A stretch of DNA of 36,682 bases from a virus (taxonomy: Duplodnaviria; Caudoviricetes): positions 1 to 36,682 of IMG/VR virus record IMGVR_UViG_3300038429_000032; one strand, written 5' to 3'. Positions 17,161 through 25,883 of the stretch are shown piece by piece. The position numbers were made by a program, and so were the translations under genes. Every line of letters starts with the position of its first letter. Positions within the stretch are counted from its first letter, which is position 1. The notes beneath the pieces are model-generated. The model had not been told where the DNA came from. It did no database searches and saw only the letters and a list, made by a program, of their open reading frames with translations.

Positions 17161-17925
17161 GTGCGCCGCAAGTGGATTAAGTTGTACGTTGACCAGACGC
17201 TCCGCGGGTCTTTGATTGCCGAGTTATCTCCAGAACAAAGGTGGACCTTCGTCGGCCTTCTTCTTATGGCCGGCGACTCGTCTATCCCTGGCCTCATCTT
17301 CAAGCGCAAGGACGAGAACGGCGTCCTTATCGGCTACTCGACGCTCGTCCTTGCCGACACGCTTGGAGTTGACGAGGACGACTTAAAGGCGGGCCTTGAG
17401 CGCATGGTTGAAAAAGACAAAATAACCATCAACGCGCAAGGCGTCATCGCCATCGTCAATTGGACGAAATACCAGTCCGAATATGAGAGAACCCGCCACG
17501 CGCCGAGCCGTGTTGTACAAAAGTACGGCGTAGAGGGAGAGGGAGATGTAGATAGAGATGTAGATGTAGATAAGAAGGCCCTCTGCTTCGACCACCCCAC
17601 CCGTTCATGGAAAAACATAACTAACGAAGATAAGGCGGCGTGGGCCGAGGCATACCCGGCGTGCGATGTGGCCGTCGAGTTGGCGCGGATGCGCGAGTGG
17701 ATACTGGGGGCCGGGGCGCGAGGCCAGAAACGGGCATGGCGGGCGTTCATAGTCAAGTGGTTGAAAAGTACGCAAGCCGATGGCGGTACGCGCAACGGAC
17801 GGGGGGGCGAGTACAAGGCGTCGCGGGTGGGCGAACGGGCTGGCGACTCGGCCACGCAGCTCAAGGCCGCACACGAGCGGAACCTGAAGAACTTCCCGGA
17901 ACTCAAGGATGAGGAGGGCGAATGA
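17161..17925 (+). CDS. Replisome organizer / replication initiator
   Basis: GTG start after GGAGG; RRKWIKLY N-term, IVNWTKYQ, EGEGDVDRDVDVDK linker, C-term WRAFIVKWL. Confidence 0.75.
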   Translation: MRRKWIKLYVDQTLRGSLIAELSPEQRWTFVGLLLMAGDSSIPGLIFKRKDENGVLIGYSTLVLADTLGVDEDDLKAGLERMVEKDKITINAQGVIAIVNWTKYQSEYERTRHAPSRVVQKYGVEGEGDVDRDVDVDKKALCFDHPTRSWKNITNEDKAAWAEAYPACDVAVELARMREWILGAGARGQKRAWRAFIVKWLKSTQADGGTRNGRGGEYKASRVGERAGDSATQLKAAHERNLKNFPELKDEEGE

Positions 17926-18107
17926 GAATCACACGCGGCAAGTGGGAGGTCATCATCGGGCTGGTCGTCTTGATTCTGTTCCTCGCCGTGATGATGGTGG
18001 TCGTGGATGAGCGGTCGAGCCGTGCGCGGGACGAAGGCGAAGAAGGCCTCGGCGCTGCCGCACAGCAAACCGGCGGGACGACGGCGACGTATGAGGTGAC
18101 GCGATGA
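17922..18107 (+). CDS. Small membrane protein
   Basis: ATGA overlaps on both sides; one hydrophobic helix. Confidence 0.6.
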   Translation: MRITRGKWEVIIGLVVLILFLAVMMVVVDERSSRARDEGEEGLGAAAQQTGGTTATYEVTR

Positions 18108-18550
18108 GAGGCTATTTCGGCATCGGCATCTTCGCGCCCAAGAATGAGGTGAACATCGGCGGTCTATGGCGTTCGGCTTATATCTTCGGCGCGGCGTTCA
18201 TCTTCACCATCGGCCGGCGCTACAAACGCCAAGCGAGCGATACGATGATGGTCCCGCGCCACGTCCCGCTGTTGAATTATCTCACCTATGACGATTTTCG
18301 GGAACACGCTCCGAGCAATTGCCAAATTTTCTGCATTGAGAATAATGTTGGTGCGGCCCCTCTGGCTGGTTTCTATCATCCCGAGCGGGCCATCTATTTG
18401 CTCGGGGCCGAGGACGACGGACTTCCAGAAAAAATCCTAGAGCAGCATCAGTCTATCATCATCGAATCGCCGCTCCCGTTCTCGCTCAACGTAGCGACGG
18501 CCGGGACGATTGTGATGTATGACCGATGGACGAAAAGGGTGACGCGATGA
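18104..18550 (+). CDS. SPOUT (SpoU/TrmH/TrmL-family) RNA 2'-O-methyltransferase
   Basis: Motif 1 NIGGLWRSA, motif 2 LLGAEDDGL, motif 3 SLNVATAGTIVMYD. Confidence 0.9.
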   Translation: MRGYFGIGIFAPKNEVNIGGLWRSAYIFGAAFIFTIGRRYKRQASDTMMVPRHVPLLNYLTYDDFREHAPSNCQIFCIENNVGAAPLAGFYHPERAIYLLGAEDDGLPEKILEQHQSIIIESPLPFSLNVATAGTIVMYDRWTKRVTR

Positions 18551-18966
18551 GCATCAAGTTGACCGTCCCCGGTCCGCCGGTCGCCAAAGGTCGGCCTCGC
18601 ATGACGCGCGGCGGAATCGCCTACACGCCGAACCCGACGCGGATTGCTGAGGCGTATATCCGCTCGCTGTTCGTCGCGAAGTATCCGCATCACGTCGCGC
18701 TCGACGGGCCGCTGGAGATGACGGTGCTGGCGTTCTTCGCCATCCCGAAGTCGGCGTCGCGGGCGTTGCGGGCGCAGATGATACTCGGCGGCGTCTATCC
18801 GACGAAACGGCCAGACGGTGATAATATTCTCAAACTCTGCGAAGACGCGCTGAACGGCGTGGCGTACAAAGACGACTCGCAACTCGTGAGCGTCAGCATC
18901 GACAAGCGGTACTCAGAAAATCCGCACGTCGAAATAAAAATCACAGCACCGGGAGAGGAGGAGTGA
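18547..18966 (+). CDS. rusA: RusA family Holliday junction resolvase
   Basis: PGPPVAKGRPR, KRPDGDNILK, DALNGVAYKDDSQLV. Confidence 0.9.
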   Translation: MSIKLTVPGPPVAKGRPRMTRGGIAYTPNPTRIAEAYIRSLFVAKYPHHVALDGPLEMTVLAFFAIPKSASRALRAQMILGGVYPTKRPDGDNILKLCEDALNGVAYKDDSQLVSVSIDKRYSENPHVEIKITAPGEEE

Positions 18967-19065
18967 ATGAGAGAGTTCATTTTGGGCTTTATTGCGGGCA
19001 CATGGTTTGGCATCATAATATCATGTGTTGCAATTTACATTGAGGACAAGCGAAAGGAGAGATGA
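18967..19065 (+). CDS. 32-aa membrane peptide
   Basis: Manual translation MREFILGFIAGTWFGIIISCVAIYIEDKRKER; GAGGAG RBS; ATGA overlap downstream. Confidence 0.5.
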   Translation: MREFILGFIAGTWFGIIISCVAIYIEDKRKER

Positions 19066-19733
19066 TGAAAACTTATCTCTGGAAGTCCATGAAGGCCGGG
19101 CTGGTGTCCTGTAGCGGAAAACTTGGGCCGTGGCCCATCGGTACATGGCACAAGCACCCCGACAAACTCGTGATGTGCGAGTCAGGTTTCCATGCCTCGG
19201 AGAAGGCCATCGACGCGATGAAATACGTCAATTGCGAGGTTATAGCCAAGGTCGAGGTGCGCGGGGAACACCTGGCGCAGAGCGATAAGCAGGTCTGGTC
19301 CGAGATGCGGGTTGTGAAGGCGTGGGAGTGGACGAAAGCCGACAGCGTGGCCCTGGCTATTTACGCCGCCGAGTTGGCCCTGCCGATATTCGAGAAGAAG
19401 AACCCCGACGACAAACGGCCAAGAGCGGCCATCGAGGCGGCGAAGGCGTGGCTGCAAGACCCATCTTCCGCCGCCGCCGCCCACGCCGCCGACGCCGCCG
19501 CCCACGCCGCCGACGCCGCCGCCCACGCCGCCGCCTACGCCGCCGCCCACGCCGCCGACGCCGCCGCCCACGCCGCCGCCTACGCCGCCGCCGACGCCGC
19601 CGCCCACGCCGCCGCCGCCGCCGCCGCCGCCGCCGACGCCGCCCACGCCGCCGCCGCCTACGCCGCCGCCAGTAAGAAAATCGAGGCCTGGGTCCAGCGC
19701 CGAATCAAGACGCTGGAGGAGATTAAGCCATGA
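19062..19733 (+). CDS. Phage protein with 67-codon Ala-rich repeat
   Basis: CESGFHAS N-term; DDKRPRAAIEAAKAW; (AAA-H/D/Y) repeats. Confidence 0.8.
   Translation: MMKTYLWKSMKAGLVSCSGKLGPWPIGTWHKHPDKLVMCESGFHASEKAIDAMKYVNCEVIAKVEVRGEHLAQSDKQVWSEMRVVKAWEWTKADSVALAIYAAELALPIFEKKNPDDKRPRAAIEAAKAWLQDPSSAAAAHAADAAAHAADAAAHAAAYAAAHAADAAAHAAAYAAADAAAHAAAAAAAAADAAHAAAAYAAASKKIEAWVQRRIKTLEEIKP
19470..19670 (+). repeat. GCC-based coding microsatellite interrupted only by CAC/GAC/TAC
   Basis: 201 bp, read directly. Confidence 0.95.
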
Positions 19734-20008
19734 GCAAACTACCGCGCCTTCTGGGCACCGAGGAAACGGGGCCGCAAGACCCGGAGGAAGAGAAGATGAT
19801 GGAGTGCCCAACGTGCGAAGGTAAGGGGGAAGTCACCGTTTATTGGAAAGTTTCGTCTGGGACCGCAACCGCCGATGGTATTCAAACTTTAGAACACAAG
19901 ATGCACGCCCAAGCTGAATGCCCTACCTGCCACGGCACCGGACTCGTGCCGGACGACCGGGAGCCCGCGCCTGAGTTCGACACGCTGCGGGAGAAGGAGG
20001 AGGCTTGA
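19730..20008 (+). CDS. DnaJ-type zinc-finger small protein
   Basis: CPTCEGKG and CPTCHGTG. Confidence 0.65.
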   Translation: MSKLPRLLGTEETGPQDPEEEKMMECPTCEGKGEVTVYWKVSSGTATADGIQTLEHKMHAQAECPTCHGTGLVPDDREPAPEFDTLREKEEA

Positions 20009-20343
20009 GCAAACTCGACGCGGCGATTGAGGGCATGACTATCTTTGAAGCCGTAGAGCGCGTTCGGGCCGCGATACTTAGGGAGCCGCATTTATCATTC
20101 CTTGAAAGTACCGTCCCCGCCAGTATTAGACGATTGGATGACAGGGCACTTGCGATTATCGTGCCCATCCTCGAAGCGGCGGCGAAGATACACGATAAAA
20201 CGATGGCCCTATGTGTCCTTAATGACCTCAGCGAAGAAAATCGTGTCCCCGATGATTGGCGCAAGCAGGTTGCCAATGAACTCCGCGCCCTACTCGAATC
20301 CCTGCCCGACGAGCCGACGCTTGGGCCGGGGAAGGAGAAGTGA
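20005..20343 (+). CDS. Hypothetical protein (paralog of 28086..28352)
   Basis: Shared ILEA.AK and LPDEPT.G.GK ends; coupled overlaps. Confidence 0.65.
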   Translation: MSKLDAAIEGMTIFEAVERVRAAILREPHLSFLESTVPASIRRLDDRALAIIVPILEAAAKIHDKTMALCVLNDLSEENRVPDDWRKQVANELRALLESLPDEPTLGPGKEK

Positions 20344-20522
20344 TGAAAGAGCCAAAGTTGAAGCCGTGTCCGTTCTGCGGGAACGATGACCAGGAATCTT
20401 TGCTTGGAGTCCTTACGGATTCTTATGCAACTGTTGTTCTGTGCTTAGTATGCCAGGCAACTGGGCCAAGAGTTGCGGGAAAGGTGAAAGCCATCACCGC
20501 ATGGAACAGGAGGGCCAGATGA
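20340..20522 (+). CDS. Lar-family (restriction alleviation-like) zinc-binding protein
   Basis: LKPCPFCG...CLVCQATGP...AITAWNRR. Confidence 0.75.
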   Translation: MMKEPKLKPCPFCGNDDQESLLGVLTDSYATVVLCLVCQATGPRVAGKVKAITAWNRRAR

Positions 20523-20854
20523 CACCTGAGCAGATTGCGGAACTGAAACGGATAGTCCTTCAGGGCAACATCGAGGAGTTTGAGGCCCACGCCGCACTGG
20601 TGGATATCCTCGACGACTACGAGCGGCTACGGGCTAACCTTAAATATGCCGAAGCAATGAAAAGACAATGGCGTAGCCAATGGTGTGACCTCAAGGCCGA
20701 ACTGGAGCGTGCGCGGCCCCTGCTGGAGGCCGTGGAGAATACGGCCGAGCAGGACTTGAAGGACGACATTCATTTCATGGAATGCCCGATGGTGTTTGAG
20801 TCCATCTCCATCCTCCGCAAGGCGCTCGAATACCAGAAAAGGAGCAAAACATGA
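20519..20854 (+). CDS. Hypothetical protein (paralog of 28737..29045)
   Basis: MTPEQIAELKR...LDDYE...AELERA; ATGA overlaps. Confidence 0.65.
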   Translation: MTPEQIAELKRIVLQGNIEEFEAHAALVDILDDYERLRANLKYAEAMKRQWRSQWCDLKAELERARPLLEAVENTAEQDLKDDIHFMECPMVFESISILRKALEYQKRSKT

Positions 20855-21396
20855 CGGACAAATACGCCTTAGACGTGATGAGGGAATCTCTGGGCATTCA
20901 ATGTCATCTGTGCAGAGTTATCAACCCTCAGCATAAGGACTGTACGGAATGTCTAGACATGGATGCCTATCGAGAGGCCCTGGCGCACATCGAGCGTCGT
21001 CTTGCCGACCCGCTCGCGCCCATTGCCGAAGAGGGGAAGGAGGAAATTCTCAACATCTTGCGCGAGGGCGGACCAATGGGGTTCGTCTGCGACAGAATCC
21101 GCGCCCTCATCCTGGCCGCGCCGCCCGCGGACGAGGAGCGCGAGAAGGCGCTGGATGAGTTAATCTCGGATGGGTGCCCGACAGTCGATGACTATTGGAA
21201 GAATTGTCTATGCACAGACTGCGTGGCCTTTCGTGAGAAACGCACTCTCATCCTGGCCGCGCCGCAGAAGAAGGTCATGCCCCATGATGCCAAAGTGACT
21301 CGCAAGGAAAGGGAAGTGATACTCGAAAAGTGTGGCGGAGATTGGACTCGCTGTCCTTTGGGAGAAGCCGAAGAAGATGAGGTCGAAGGAGAATAA
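20851..21396 (+). CDS. Cys-rich hypothetical protein
   Basis: Several CxxC; internal repeat LILAAP; ATGA overlap. Confidence 0.6.
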   Translation: MTDKYALDVMRESLGIQCHLCRVINPQHKDCTECLDMDAYREALAHIERRLADPLAPIAEEGKEEILNILREGGPMGFVCDRIRALILAAPPADEEREKALDELISDGCPTVDDYWKNCLCTDCVAFREKRTLILAAPQKKVMPHDAKVTRKEREVILEKCGGDWTRCPLGEAEEDEVEGE

Positions 21397-21492
21397 ATGA
21401 AAGACGAAAAGGTCGGGAGCGAACTGCGAACACTCGGAACGCTGATGTTGATAGCGGCAGGGCTGTTCCTGCTGTACTTGCTGACACTGTGA
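21397..21492 (+). CDS. 31-aa membrane peptide
   Basis: AAGGAG RBS; hydrophobic C-terminal half (manual translation). Confidence 0.4.
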   Translation: MKDEKVGSELRTLGTLMLIAAGLFLLYLLTL

Positions 21493-21703
21493 GGAAACCA
21501 TGAGCCGCGCCATCATCATCGAGCTCCCGCTGGTCTGCCCGTATCGGCGTTATGTGTTCGGAGCGGGAGAGGCCCCGCAATATCAATGCCAGCAGAAAGT
21601 GCAGAAGCGATGGAAGCCCGCTTATTTTTTCTGCAACAAGCCGACTCGATTCCCGCGTTGGTGCCCGCTGATACGAATCCCTAAAAGCGCAAAAGGAGGT
21701 AAC

Positions 21704-22390
21704 ATGAAGAAATATTTAACGTGGTGTCTGTTGGCCGGGTTGCTGGCGGCGGTCCCGCTGGCGGCCCAAGTGGACTTCGGACTCGGACCTGGCGTGCAGT
21801 ATTCGGGAGGTCTGCAATACCCGCTCGACGCGGCGTACCACCGCTATTACTTCACGTCGGCGATGGGCTCGGCGCTGGTTGATGTTCCGCTGGCGTGGAA
21901 GTTCTCGCTGATGACGGGCGTGCAATATTCCAACAAAGCGTTCAATGCGACCGTCGTCTATTCCGGCGCGCAACATCTATCGACGCCCGCCAAAGTCGTC
22001 TCCGGCGAGATTGAGGTGCCGCTTCTGCTGGTGGTGCATCCGGTTCGGTTCTTCCACGTCGGCGGCGGGCTCTACGGCTCTCAGCCGACATTCCGACGGG
22101 TCTATTACGCGCCGCTGGTGCAGGTGACGCCGGAGGAGGCCATCGCGCCGCGCTGTAAGCCGAAACCGCCGCCGGCCATCCCGCTCGGAAGTCCGGTGAT
22201 GAACGCCGACCACGCCGACGCCGGATACATGGCAGTGGCGGGATTCAGTTGGCTCATCAAGTGCCCGACAATAACGTACAAGAACTCCATCGAGTTCGCG
22301 TGGTCCAGAGGGCTCGTGAACGTCTTTACGACCTACGGCCTGCGCTATCGAAATGAAACGCTCTCCTGCAGTTATGTTTGGTGGTTCTAG
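21704..22390 (+). CDS. Outer-membrane beta-barrel-like protein (in frame with an upstream Cys-rich segment from 21500)
   Basis: AGGAGG RBS; signal peptide MKKYLTWCLLAGLLAAVPLAA; amphipathic strands; IEVPLLL; terminal YVWWF. Confidence 0.65.
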   Translation: MKKYLTWCLLAGLLAAVPLAAQVDFGLGPGVQYSGGLQYPLDAAYHRYYFTSAMGSALVDVPLAWKFSLMTGVQYSNKAFNATVVYSGAQHLSTPAKVVSGEIEVPLLLVVHPVRFFHVGGGLYGSQPTFRRVYYAPLVQVTPEEAIAPRCKPKPPPAIPLGSPVMNADHADAGYMAVAGFSWLIKCPTITYKNSIEFAWSRGLVNVFTTYGLRYRNETLSCSYVWWF

Positions 22391-22448
22391 AAATGAAACC
22401 GAACCAGGGCCGACCGCCGAACCTCTGGACCCCGACCAGGAGACGGTG

Positions 22449-22598
22449 ATGGGAAAAGCAACGGACCGTATGTACGAGTTCTGGGAACGCTTTTTGGATT
22501 GGCTCGTGGCCTGGATTGTCGTTCCCCTCCTGCTCCTGTTCGCGGTTGGCGCGATGACCATAATAGGCATCTGCTTGTATCATCTGATTCGAGGTTGA
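22449..22598 (+). CDS. Small membrane protein
   Basis: AGGAG RBS; long hydrophobic segment. Confidence 0.55.
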   Translation: MGKATDRMYEFWERFLDWLVAWIVVPLLLLFAVGAMTIIGICLYHLIRG

Positions 22599-22599
22599 A

Positions 22600-22974
22600 A
22601 TGCGTAAAATCTATATAGCCGGACCGCTCGGGCCGAAGAGCATCCGCAAGGACTGCTCAACGCTCGCCATCGAGTATCTGCTCAACGTGAGGGATTTTCT
22701 AGTTGCCGCGAACGAGTGCATCAAAAAGGGGTGGGCTCCGTTCTGCCCCGCTCTCGACTTCATGTACTTTGTGGCACTCCCGCCCGGCGCAACCATTGAC
22801 GAGCAGACCGTCAAGGACGTGAGCATGGCGTGGCTGGAAGCCTCCGACGCCATCCTGCTCATCAATAAGTGGACGTTGAGCGAGGGGGCTTGTGCGGAGG
22901 CCGACCGGGCTATTGACCTCGGGCTGGCAGTGTATGATGATATCCGCCAGGTGCCGGAGGAGAAGACCGTATGA
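22600..22974 (+). CDS. DUF4406 / nucleoside 2-deoxyribosyltransferase-like protein
   Basis: KIYIAGP...WLEASDAILL...W.LSEGACAE. Confidence 0.7.
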   Translation: MRKIYIAGPLGPKSIRKDCSTLAIEYLLNVRDFLVAANECIKKGWAPFCPALDFMYFVALPPGATIDEQTVKDVSMAWLEASDAILLINKWTLSEGACAEADRAIDLGLAVYDDIRQVPEEKTV

Positions 22975-23420
22975 GGAGAAGAGAAGAAATGACAAAGCAT
23001 ATCGTCCGAATTATCCACAAGCCGAAACGCTCGCATCATAAGGCTATCGCTTTGATAGTCCATGCGAATCCGAACTGTCGGGATGCCGCCCTGTGTGACC
23101 CCCACGGAGAGACCGGACCCGTTACATACTCAGGGCGTCTGAAAGCAGAAAAGCCCGATCCGGCGATAGGGACATCGAGCGGAAAATATTCAGACGTCAT
23201 CGGAACGTGGTTAACGGGGTCGCCGATCAACCTGGCAAAGCCGGAGCCCCATTGTGAGCCCATGCGCGCCATCGACTCCTCCCCCCAGGTCATATTCATC
23301 CGTCAGGTCATAGACGAGGCGTACCAGACGCTCGCGGCAGGATATCGAGAGTCCGCGCTATTCCACCTCACGGCTTTGCGCGAGTATCGCCTAGATTATA
23401 AATATTTCGAGTGTGTTTGA
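22971..23420 (+). CDS. Hypothetical protein
   Basis: ATGA overlap; fills operon. Confidence 0.5.
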   Translation: MRRREEMTKHIVRIIHKPKRSHHKAIALIVHANPNCRDAALCDPHGETGPVTYSGRLKAEKPDPAIGTSSGKYSDVIGTWLTGSPINLAKPEPHCEPMRAIDSSPQVIFIRQVIDEAYQTLAAGYRESALFHLTALREYRLDYKYFECV

Positions 23421-23431
23421 AAGGAGGACCA

Positions 23432-23839
23432 ATGAGTCCACACTATCTCATGTTGAAAAATGGACAGAACGCCATCGTCAGCGACGAGGTCATCCGTCGA
23501 GGATTTTGGCACCGCCTGTTCCACCCGTATCAAATCGCTTGGTTCCGCCGTCAGGTCATCGCCGAGTCGATGCAGTCGAAGAACGTCGTCATCGTTGACA
23601 AGCGGAGCATCGTGCTGGTTGAGGAGGTGCCGCAGGCCGAGTGGGACGCCGCCAAGAAGAAGCAGGCCGAGCAGGAGAAGGTGAACCAGGAGATGCAAGC
23701 GAAAGACAAAGCCGCACAGGAACGGAGGCGCGCCATCGAGGAGTCGCAGATGGAACTCGCGGAGGAGGAACTGCGGCGGCGCGGCAAGAAAATCATCCCT
23801 GTCCACGGCACGATTCCCGGCAAGGATTTGGTGAGATGA
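23432..23839 (+). CDS. Hypothetical protein with coiled-coil
   Basis: AGGAGG RBS; ATGA overlap downstream. Confidence 0.65.
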   Translation: MSPHYLMLKNGQNAIVSDEVIRRGFWHRLFHPYQIAWFRRQVIAESMQSKNVVIVDKRSIVLVEEVPQAEWDAAKKKQAEQEKVNQEMQAKDKAAQERRRAIEESQMELAEEELRRRGKKIIPVHGTIPGKDLVR

Positions 23840-24033
23840 GCGACCACGTTAAACTCAAAATCTTGCTGGGGATTCTTTCGCCGAAGTGTCCGCACCATAG
23901 TCCGCACCATAAATACGTATATGGCCCAAACCTGTGCCTATTGAAGCCCGAGAACGAGGATGACCCATCCAAAAGACTTACTCAATGCGGGGGTGACATT
24001 AACGAGTGCGAGGTCGAGGAGGTAACGACATGA
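23836..24033 (+). CDS. Small Cys/His protein
   Basis: ATGA overlaps on both sides. Confidence 0.55.
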   Translation: MSDHVKLKILLGILSPKCPHHSPHHKYVYGPNLCLLKPENEDDPSKRLTQCGGDINECEVEEVTT

Positions 24034-24365
24034 GCGGCCTTGCCGTCGGCCTCATCCTCTTCGCGCTGTTCCTCTTCGGTCTGTTCTGCCTGATGCGCTA
24101 CGTCATCTGGCCCGCCGAGGACACGATGCGCGAGATGCAGGCCCGGCGGAAGAGCGCCGAAGAATGGGAGCGCCACTATCAATACGAGCGCGGCCGAGCC
24201 GCCGCGATGGGCGACAAATATGATGGCCCGTTCGATTTCAATGGGCCGACGACCGGCTCAGGTGGCCAGGTCTTTGTGACCGATTCGGGGAACCCAATGC
24301 TGGATGGTGTGAGAATTGGCCCATCCGGTTATGTGGCAGAGTTTATGAAGGAGGAGGAAAAATGA
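24030..24365 (+). CDS. Membrane-anchored hypothetical protein
   Basis: GGAGG RBS; N-terminal TM. Confidence 0.6.
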   Translation: MSGLAVGLILFALFLFGLFCLMRYVIWPAEDTMREMQARRKSAEEWERHYQYERGRAAAMGDKYDGPFDFNGPTTGSGGQVFVTDSGNPMLDGVRIGPSGYVAEFMKEEEK

Positions 24366-24886
24366 AAGGATTCGGATTTGTGTTTCTTGGAATATGGATT
24401 CTTCTGTTCGCGTACTTGGGGGTTTATGGGGTCGTCCAAGCATATCTGTTTGACCTGCGTTGTGGCGATTATCTGAAATTGGCGGCCGATGCTTCGAGCG
24501 TTAAGATGGCGGATGATTTCCTGGCGAAATCCATCGACTATCTCAATAGAACAGGGAAGATCTCGGGCAACTCGGCCATCATCTTCAAAAAGCCGAAGCA
24601 TGATGTCGGCATCTGGTATCGCCAAATCCTCGCGGCCAAGGGTCTGACGGAGCAGATGGTCGCGAAGGGTGACAAGGCAACGGCGCTGGAGAATAGCAAT
24701 GTGCTGATGAAGGTCCGCGAGACGTTGCTTGATAATGGGGCACAGGGCCAGCATCTCACGCTTCCGGTGTATATCAGCCTTGTCCCCAATCAACTCGCCT
24801 ATATCCTGCTCTGGTGGCTACTCATCCCGTTTGGGCTCCTAGTGGGGGGTATGCTGTGGGCCAGCTATACCCGGAGCAACCGATGA
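24362..24886 (+). CDS. Two-TM membrane protein
   Basis: N- and C-terminal TM helices; CGDYLKLAADA. Confidence 0.7.
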   Translation: MKGFGFVFLGIWILLFAYLGVYGVVQAYLFDLRCGDYLKLAADASSVKMADDFLAKSIDYLNRTGKISGNSAIIFKKPKHDVGIWYRQILAAKGLTEQMVAKGDKATALENSNVLMKVRETLLDNGAQGQHLTLPVYISLVPNQLAYILLWWLLIPFGLLVGGMLWASYTRSNR

Positions 24887-25239
24887 GCGACCCCCTGATT
24901 ATCGTCTGCATCTCGTTCGGCATCTTCGCGTTGTTCATCATCGGGTTCTTCGCCCAGCGGGCCATCGTGCGGCGGGAGTTCCGCCGCTTTGTCAGCCGGC
25001 CGTGGCGGGACGAGCAGGCGAAGAAAGAGAGCGAGCCGTATATGAGTTTCGGCTCTTCCCCGTTGTCGGCCGGCCCGCCTTCGGGGAAGCAGAAATACGT
25101 CATCCGATATCATGTTGGCGCGACCTCGGCCCACACGGTTGTCTTCGCAAACACCGCCGCAGATGCCGTGCGATGGTTCCAGCCCTATAACCACTACGGC
25201 ATGATAGATGAGGTCTATCCAGCGAAGGAGAGCGAATGA
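24883..25239 (+). CDS. Membrane-anchored hypothetical protein
   Basis: ATGA overlaps; N-terminal TM. Confidence 0.55.
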   Translation: MSDPLIIVCISFGIFALFIIGFFAQRAIVRREFRRFVSRPWRDEQAKKESEPYMSFGSSPLSAGPPSGKQKYVIRYHVGATSAHTVVFANTAADAVRWFQPYNHYGMIDEVYPAKESE

Positions 25240-25883
25240 GCATCACCGAATACGGGAAAATCGAAACCCTTTATGTGCGCGACGATAAAACCTTTAAAGT
25301 CCATGTCGGAGAGTTGAAGAACCGCACCTATTCCCTGCTCAAGACGTGGCATTGGACCGAGAAGGTCGATGGCACGAATATCCGATGCGTCTATCAGAAC
25401 GGGTCGCTCGTCTTTTCCGGCAAGACCGACAACGCCCAGATTCACGCCGACCTCATGAACTGGCTCTGGAAGAATATCACGGTCGAGAAGATGCGGGCTG
25501 TCTTTCCGGATGAGGACGGCGTGCCTGCCGATGCCGTTGTGTATGGCGAGGGCTACGGGGCCGGGATTCAGAAAGGCGGAGGCGATTATTCACCGGAAAA
25601 GAAGATGATTGTCTTTGATGTCCTCGTCGGCGGGAAATGGTGGCTCAGTTACGAGAACGTCGTAGATGTGGCGAAAAAACTCGGGCTGGAGGTCGTTCCT
25701 TCTTTCGGTGAGATGACGCTTGAGGAGGCTACGGAATTCGTCCGCAAGGGCTTCAAATCGAAATGCGCCGCGAACTCCGAGAAAGACGCAGAAGGGCTCG
25801 TGGGCCGTCCGCTGGAAACGCTGTTCGATAAAAAAGGCCATCGGCTTATCACGAAAATCAAAACAAAGGATTTCGCACAATGA
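25236..25883 (+). CDS. ATP-dependent RNA ligase (Rnl2-like nucleotidyltransferase domain)
   Basis: Motif I TEKVDGTN, III YGEGYG, IIIa VFDV, IV EGLV, V KIK; no OB-fold. Confidence 0.85.
   Translation: MSITEYGKIETLYVRDDKTFKVHVGELKNRTYSLLKTWHWTEKVDGTNIRCVYQNGSLVFSGKTDNAQIHADLMNWLWKNITVEKMRAVFPDEDGVPADAVVYGEGYGAGIQKGGGDYSPEKKMIVFDVLVGGKWWLSYENVVDVAKKLGLEVVPSFGEMTLEEATEFVRKGFKSKCAANSEKDAEGLVGRPLETLFDKKGHRLITKIKTKDFAQ

Noticed and set aside
19470-19670. Diversity-generating retroelement variable repeat
   Set aside because: No reverse transcriptase or second template copy in the window; the A of NAC codons is invariant
19182-19811. Gly-rich minus-strand and Arg-rich alternate-frame ORFs
   Set aside because: By-products of the GCC repeat; the Ala frame has an RBS and coupled overlaps
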